IMG/VR virus record: IMGVR_UViG_2534681774_000012 | Location: 1-4,118 of that record | DNA from: a virus | Taxonomy: Duplodnaviria > Heunggongvirae > Uroviricota > Caudoviricetes | Reading direction: 5' to 3' (one strand) | Length of the DNA: 4,118 nt | Part shown: piece by piece, positions 1 to 4,118 of the stretch | Position numbering within the stretch: the stretch's first letter is position 1 | How the letters are laid out: every line of letters begins with the position of its first letter | The notes under the pieces: generated by a model | Told to the model about the DNA's origin: nothing | The model's input: the letters and a program-made list of their open reading frames with translations, nothing else | Database searches by the model: none | Position numbers and translations under genes: made by a program

Positions 1-2
1 TT

Positions 3-215
3 GTGCCTGATTTGATTGACGAACCCATGAATAACACCACGCGTCTGCAATGCATGAGTGCTGCCGTGATTGCGCTGACACGATGGGAACCCCGCATTGC
101 CCTGGATGCCATCGACGTTGTCTGGAAAGCGGGAGGCCGCGCCGGGGTGACACTGTCGGGCACTGTCATGCAGACCATGCAGAATGTTGAGTTAACCATC
201 ACGCTGAGGGAGTAA
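3..215 (+). CDS. W: Baseplate assembly protein W (gp25/GPW family), 3' portion only; the gene begins upstream of the window
   Basis: Open frame runs from the window edge to TAA at 213-215; the GTG at 3-5 is an artefact of the window boundary, not a real start. The C-terminal sequence (...LTRWEPRIALDAIDV...GVTLSGTV...ELTITLRE) resembles the recalled P2 gpW C-terminus, and the gene sits immediately upstream of J as in P2. Confidence 0.8.
   Translation: MPDLIDEPMNNTTRLQCMSAAVIALTRWEPRIALDAIDVVWKAGGRAGVTLSGTVMQTMQNVELTITLRE
206..212 (+). promoter_or_regulatory. Shine-Dalgarno-like element (GAGGGAG) for J, embedded in the 3' end of W
   Basis: GAGGGAG at 206-212, 6 nt upstream of ATG at 219; W stop TAA at 213-215 lies between, consistent with translational coupling. 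Confidence 0.6.
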
Positions 216-218
216 ATC

Positions 219-1115
219 ATGCCCGCCGTTGACCTTTCCCAGTTACCGGAACCCGCCATCATCGCGGAGCCTGACTTTGAAGCAATTCTGGCTGACACAA
301 AAGCCATGATGATTGCGTCCTATCCCGCCGAACAGCGTGAAGCCGTTTCCGCCGCACTGGAGCTGGAATCGGAACCCCTTAACGTTATCGCTCAAACCAT
401 GTCGTTTCGTGAAATGCTGTTACGCCAGCGGGTCAATGAGGGTGCACGCGCCTGCATGTTAAGCCACAGCGCCGGGACAAACCTGGACAACCTCGCAGGC
501 AATATGAACACAAAGCGCCTGGTTATCACTCCGGCAACGGATACCACCGACGCGGTGATGGAGAGCGACACCTCGCTGAGACTGCGGGCGCAACGGGCGT
601 ATGACGGCCTGAGCGTTGCTGGCCCGTCAGGCGCATACGAGTATTTTGCCCGCAGCGCCAGCGGTCTGGTGCGTGATGCGCGGGCTATCAGTCCGTCTCC
701 GGCAAATGTGACGGTTTCCATCCTGTCCACTGAAGGCGACGGCACGGCAACGGAGGCGTTGCTTAATACCGTTCGCGCCGTTCTGAATGCAGAGGATACC
801 CGCCCGGTGGCCGACCGCCTGACCGTACAGAGCGCCAGAATCGTGACATGGCGGCTGAATGCAAAACTGTACTTTTACCCCGGCCCGGAATCCGAACCTA
901 TTCTGGCCGCGGCGGAATCGTCATTCAGGAAGTGGCTGGCTGAACAGGGGCTTATCGGTCAGGACGTGGCGTTGTCAGCCATTGCTGCCGCACTGCATGT
1001 GCACGGTGTGCAACGCGTGGAGATAATCGAACCCACACAAAATATGGCCATCAGCGACATACAGGCGGCGCGCTGTGAGTCATTCACCATCAGCGAAGGT
1101 GGGCGTAATGAGTAA
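219..1115 (+). CDS. J: Baseplate assembly protein J (Baseplate_J family, T4 gp6-like wedge protein)
   Basis: 298-aa ORF with ATG start and an upstream SD; size close to P2 gpJ (about 300 aa). Position between W and I and GC-rich coding composition fit a P2-like baseplate gene. Confidence 0.88.
   Translation: MPAVDLSQLPEPAIIAEPDFEAILADTKAMMIASYPAEQREAVSAALELESEPLNVIAQTMSFREMLLRQRVNEGARACMLSHSAGTNLDNLAGNMNTKRLVITPATDTTDAVMESDTSLRLRAQRAYDGLSVAGPSGAYEYFARSASGLVRDARAISPSPANVTVSILSTEGDGTATEALLNTVRAVLNAEDTRPVADRLTVQSARIVTWRLNAKLYFYPGPESEPILAAAESSFRKWLAEQGLIGQDVALSAIAAALHVHGVQRVEIIEPTQNMAISDIQAARCESFTISEGGRNE
1097..1103 (+). promoter_or_regulatory. Shine-Dalgarno-like element (AAGGTGG) for I, inside the 3' end of J
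   Basis: AAGGTGG at 1097-1103, 4 nt upstream of ATG at 1108. Confidence 0.5.
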
Positions 1116-1638
1116 TTCACTGTTACCGCCATCAGCCAGCAATTTCATGCGTTGTGCCGAAGCTGTCGGAACACGCATTACAGACATCCCGGTAGACCTC
1201 AACACGCTGTGGTCGCCGGACACCTGCCCGGTGCATCTGCTGCCTTATCTCGCCTGGGCATTTTCCGTTGACCGCTGGGATCGCAACTGGCCGGAAGAGA
1301 CAAAGCGACAGGTGATTCGTGATGCATGGCTGATACACCGACACAAGGGAACCATCAGCGCACTGCGCCGGGCCATTGAGCCGCTGGGATATCTCATTCG
1401 TGTGTCTGAGTGGTGGGAGTTCGGCGGGGAACCGGGAACATTTACCGTTGAAGTCGGCACGCTGGACAGTGGCGTGACGGAGGAAATGTATCTGGAAATG
1501 GAGCGGTTGATTGCTGATGCCCGCCCGGTCAGCCGCCACATGACAGGGCTGAATATCATTCAGGAGATCCCGGGAGATATTTTCGCGGCGGCAGCAACTT
1601 ACGACGGTGAAGTCATTACCATTTATCCGGACGATTAA
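1108..1638 (+). CDS. I: Baseplate/tail protein I (P2 gpI-like)
   Basis: In-frame ATG at 1108 gives 176 aa, matching P2 gpI length. Its N-terminus (MSNSLLPP...) and motifs (LWSPDTCP..LLPYLAWAFSVDRWD, YDGEVITIYP) match recalled P2 gpI. The start overlaps the J stop in ATGAGTAA. The ORF track's longer 187-aa version starts at a GTG at 1075 with no SD and is less likely. Confidence 0.87.
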   Translation: MSNSLLPPSASNFMRCAEAVGTRITDIPVDLNTLWSPDTCPVHLLPYLAWAFSVDRWDRNWPEETKRQVIRDAWLIHRHKGTISALRRAIEPLGYLIRVSEWWEFGGEPGTFTVEVGTLDSGVTEEMYLEMERLIADARPVSRHMTGLNIIQEIPGDIFAAAATYDGEVITIYPDD

Positions 1639-1640
1639 GC

Positions 1641-3611
1641 ATGAGTACCACAACACGTAAATTTAAAACCGTTATCACCAATACGGGTGCCAAAAAATTA
1701 GCTCAGGCAGCCGCGCCAGATGGTAAGCCTGTCCGCCTGACTCATATGGCCGTGGGTGACGGCGGCGGCACTTTACCCTCGCCAGACAGTAAGCAGACCC
1801 GTCTGGTGCATGAGGTGTGGCGACACACTGTTAATCGCGTCTTCCTGGACGCAACACATCAGAACCGCATTATTGCGGAGCTGGTTGTTCCTCCAGAAAC
1901 GGGCGGATTCTGGATCCGGGAAATTGGTGTGTTTGATGAGCACGGCGATTTAATCGCAGTAGGCAATACTGCCGAAAGTTACAAGCCAACCGTTGCCGAA
2001 GGGTCAGGACGTGCACAAACATTTCGCACCATTCTGACCGTATCCAGCACTGCCACTATGGCGCTTACCGTGGATAACACCATGGTAATGGCCACAGTGG
2101 ATTACGTGGATGACAAACTGAAAGAGCATGAACAGTCACGACGTCACCCGGACGCCTCGCTGACCGCAAAAGGCTTTGTTCAACTTAGCAGCGCCACTAA
2201 CAGCACATCTGAAACGCTGGCTGCGACGCCAAAAGCTGTTAAGGCGGTAATGGATGAAACGAACAAGAAAGCGCCCTTAAACAGTCCTGCACTGACCGGA
2301 ACGCCAACAACGCCAACTGCGCCAAAAGGGACTAATAATACTCAGATCGCAAGCACGGCTTATGTGATGGCCGCGATTGCCGCACTTGTAGACTCGTCGC
2401 CTGACGCACTGAATACGTTGAACGAGTTAGCGGCGGCGCTGGGAAACGACCCGAATTTTGCGACCACCATGACTAAAGCGCTTGCGGGTAAGCAACCGAA
2501 AGATGCCACCCTGACGGCGCTGGCCGGGCTTGCTACTGCGGCAGACAAGTTTCCGTATTTTACGGGGAATGATGTCGCCAGCCTGGCAACCCTGACAAAA
2601 GTCGGGCGGGATATTCTTGCGAAATCGACCGTTGCCGCTGTTATCGAATACCTCGGTTTACAGGAAACGGTAAATCAGGCTTCTGGCGCATTACAGAAAA
2701 ACCAGAACGGCGCAGATATTCCAGGAAAAGATATCTTCACCAAAAATATTGGTGCCTGCCGCGCATATAGCTCATGGGTGGATATTGGTGGCGATAGTCA
2801 GGTCTGGACAACCGCGCAATTTATTTCGTGGCTGGAGAGTCAGGGAGCATTTAACCATCCTTACTGGATGTGCAAAGGCTCATGGGCTTATGCAAATAAT
2901 AAGGTCATTACAGATACAGGTTGCGGAAATATTTGTCTTGCAGGTGCTGTGGTGGAAGTTATTGGCACTCGCGGCGCAATGACCATACGCGTTACTACGC
3001 CGAGCATGTCCAGCGGTGGCGGAATTACTAACGCTCAATTCACTTATATTAATCATGGTGATGCTTATGCTCCTGGCTGGCGAAGAGACTACAACACGAA
3101 AAACCAGCAGCCTGCATTTGCTTTAGGGCAAACAGGAAGCAGGGTTGCAAATGATAAAGCTGTTGGCTGGAACTGGAATAGCGGCGTTTATGATGCAGAT
3201 ATCAGTGGCGCATCGACATTAATCCTCCACTTCAATATGAATGCGGGGAGTTGCCCTGCTGTACAGTTCCGCGTGAATTATAAGAACGGCGGTATCTTTT
3301 ATCGTTCAGCGCGTGATGGTTATGGCTTTGAAGCTGACTGGTCAGAGTTTTACACCACAACCCGCAAACCCTCTGCGGGGGATGTTGGTGCATATACGCA
3401 GGCAGAATGTAACTCAAGGTTTATTACAGGTATTCGCCTGGGCGGTCTGTCATCTGTTCAGACATGGAATGGTCCCGGCTGGTCTGACAGGTCAGGTTAT
3501 GTCGTTACGGGTTCAGTTAACGGAAACCGTGATGAATTAATTGATACAACTCAGGCAAGGCCAATTCAGTATTGCATTAATGGAAGGTGGTATAACGCGG
3601 GGAGTATTTAA
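1641..3611 (+). CDS. H: Tail fibre protein H (P2 gpH-like); conserved N-terminal shaft/attachment region plus a divergent distal receptor-binding region
   Basis: 656-aa ORF. The N-terminal about 350 aa match recalled P2 gpH motifs (MAVGDGGG, IIAELVVPPETGGFW, AESYKP..AEGSGR, HEQSRRHPDASLTAKGF, QLSSATNSTSETLAATPKAVK, ALVDSSPDALNTLNELAAALG, FPYFTGNDVASLATLT). It is followed directly by a tail-fibre assembly gene. ATG at 1641 lies 2 nt after the I stop. Confidence 0.9.
   Translation: MSTTTRKFKTVITNTGAKKLAQAAAPDGKPVRLTHMAVGDGGGTLPSPDSKQTRLVHEVWRHTVNRVFLDATHQNRIIAELVVPPETGGFWIREIGVFDEHGDLIAVGNTAESYKPTVAEGSGRAQTFRTILTVSSTATMALTVDNTMVMATVDYVDDKLKEHEQSRRHPDASLTAKGFVQLSSATNSTSETLAATPKAVKAVMDETNKKAPLNSPALTGTPTTPTAPKGTNNTQIASTAYVMAAIAALVDSSPDALNTLNELAAALGNDPNFATTMTKALAGKQPKDATLTALAGLATAADKFPYFTGNDVASLATLTKVGRDILAKSTVAAVIEYLGLQETVNQASGALQKNQNGADIPGKDIFTKNIGACRAYSSWVDIGGDSQVWTTAQFISWLESQGAFNHPYWMCKGSWAYANNKVITDTGCGNICLAGAVVEVIGTRGAMTIRVTTPSMSSGGGITNAQFTYINHGDAYAPGWRRDYNTKNQQPAFALGQTGSRVANDKAVGWNWNSGVYDADISGASTLILHFNMNAGSCPAVQFRVNYKNGGIFYRSARDGYGFEADWSEFYTTTRKPSAGDVGAYTQAECNSRFITGIRLGGLSSVQTWNGPGWSDRSGYVVTGSVNGNRDELIDTTQARPIQYCINGRWYNAGSI
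3598..3604 (+). promoter_or_regulatory. Shine-Dalgarno-like element (GGGGGAG) for G, inside the 3' end of H
   Basis: GGGGGAG at 3598-3604, 9 nt upstream of ATG at 3614; H stop TAA at 3609-3611. Confidence 0.6.
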
Positions 3612-3613
3612 TT

Positions 3614-4118
3614 ATGATGCACTTAAAAAACATTACTGCTGGCAACCCTAAAACAAAAGAGCAATACCAGCTAACGAAACAATTTAACATCAAATGGCTT
3701 TATTCAGATGATGGAAAAAACTGGTATGAGGAACAAAAGAACTTTCAGCCTGATACGTTGAAAATGGTCTATGACCGTAACGGCGTTATTATTTGTATTG
3801 AAAAGGATGTTTCAGCAATTAATCCAGAAGGCGCAAGCGTCGTTGAATTACCTGATATTACAGCAAATCGCCGGGCTGATATTTCGGGTAAATGGATGTT
3901 CAAAGATGGCGTAGTGATAAAGCGAACTTATACCGGGGAAGAGCAGAGGCAGCAGGCAGAGAATGAAAAGCAAAGCCTGTTGCAACTTGTCAGGGATAAA
4001 ACCCAGTTATGGGACTCACAGCTACGGCTGGGCATCATTTCCGACGAGAGTAAACAAAAATTAACAGAGTGGATACTCTTTGCGCAGAAAGTCGAATCTA
4101 CAGACACTTCCAGCCTGC
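3614..4118 (+). CDS. G: Tail fibre assembly chaperone G (Tfa family), 5' portion; the ORF runs off the 3' end of the window
   Basis: Open frame from ATG 3614 (tandem ATG at 3617) to the window end with no stop, which is why it is missing from the ORF track. Translation MMHLKNITAGNPKTKEQYQLTKQFNIKWLYSDDGKNWYEE..FQPDT..NPEG.SVVE.PDIT.NRRAD.SGKWMFKDG closely matches the recalled P2 gpG N-terminus. Position immediately after H. Confidence 0.85.
   Translation, partial: MMHLKNITAGNPKTKEQYQLTKQFNIKWLYSDDGKNWYEEQKNFQPDTLKMVYDRNGVIICIEKDVSAINPEGASVVELPDITANRRADISGKWMFKDGVVIKRTYTGEEQRQQAENEKQSLLQLVRDKTQLWDSQLRLGIISDESKQKLTEWILFAQKVESTDTSSL

Noticed and set aside
392-745. 117-aa minus-strand ORF
   Set aside because: Lies entirely antisense within J, a well-supported structural gene. 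GC-rich coding DNA commonly yields long stop-free antisense frames, and there is no SD or recognisable protein features.
1075-1107. GTG at 1075 as the start of gene I (the ORF track's 187-aa version)
   Set aside because: No SD upstream. The ATG at 1108 has AAGGTGG upstream, overlaps the J stop in a coupling arrangement, and gives the P2 gpI length and N-terminus.
1636-1641. Programmed frameshift or slippery site at gene junctions
   Set aside because: The known P2-family frameshift is in the E/E' tail chaperone, not in this region. The junctions here are simple stop/start couplings without slippery heptamers.
1132-1656. 174-aa and nested 104-aa minus-strand ORFs (1132..1656 and 1245..1559)
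   Set aside because: They span almost exactly the antisense of gene I, whose plus-strand product matches P2 gpI. The translations are Arg/Ser/Cys-rich and low-complexity, typical of antisense reading of GC-rich genes.
1756-3540. Short ORFs inside H: plus-strand alternative frames (1756..1953, 2749..2982, 3313..3540) and minus-strand 2360..2548 and 3232..3417
   Set aside because: All are fully embedded in the H coding region, whose frame is supported along its whole length by P2-like motifs. None has a convincing SD and all are short (61-77 aa).
2700-4118. Invertible tail-fibre switching system (Mu G-segment / P1 C-segment type)
   Set aside because: Such systems need an inverted second fibre-tip/chaperone cassette and a Gin/Cin-type invertase. 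The window has only one H distal region and one G, both on the plus strand, and no recombinase ORF. It cannot be supported from this sequence, though it is not excluded downstream.
1-4118. Defence system, toxin-antitoxin pair, CRISPR array, tRNA or other non-structural element hidden in the window
   Set aside because: The five structural genes occupy essentially every base on the plus strand with gaps of 3 nt or less. No repeat-spacer periodicity, no tRNA-like structure and no unassigned ORF with a credible start were seen.

Overview
This window is an internal segment of a P2-family (Peduoviridae-like) late operon encoding the baseplate and tail fibre, most likely from a prophage in an enterobacterial genome (an R-type tailocin-like cluster cannot be excluded from this window alone). 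Five co-directional plus-strand genes fill it with almost no intergenic space: the 3' part of baseplate gene W, baseplate J, baseplate/tail protein I, tail fibre H, and the 5' part of tail-fibre assembly chaperone G. Assignments rest on recalled similarity to phage P2 proteins and on gene order, sizes and start/stop coupling seen in the sequence; no database search was possible. I see no defence, toxin or other unexplained system in the window, because all coding space is accounted for by these structural genes. The feature most likely to be novel is the distal domain of the tail fibre (about nt 2700-3560), which is compositionally distinct, carries all seven cysteines of the protein, and sits between P2-like flanks, suggesting a swapped receptor-binding cassette of unknown specificity. 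The window ends inside G, just before the position where P2-like phages often carry variable cargo, so the downstream sequence deserves inspection.
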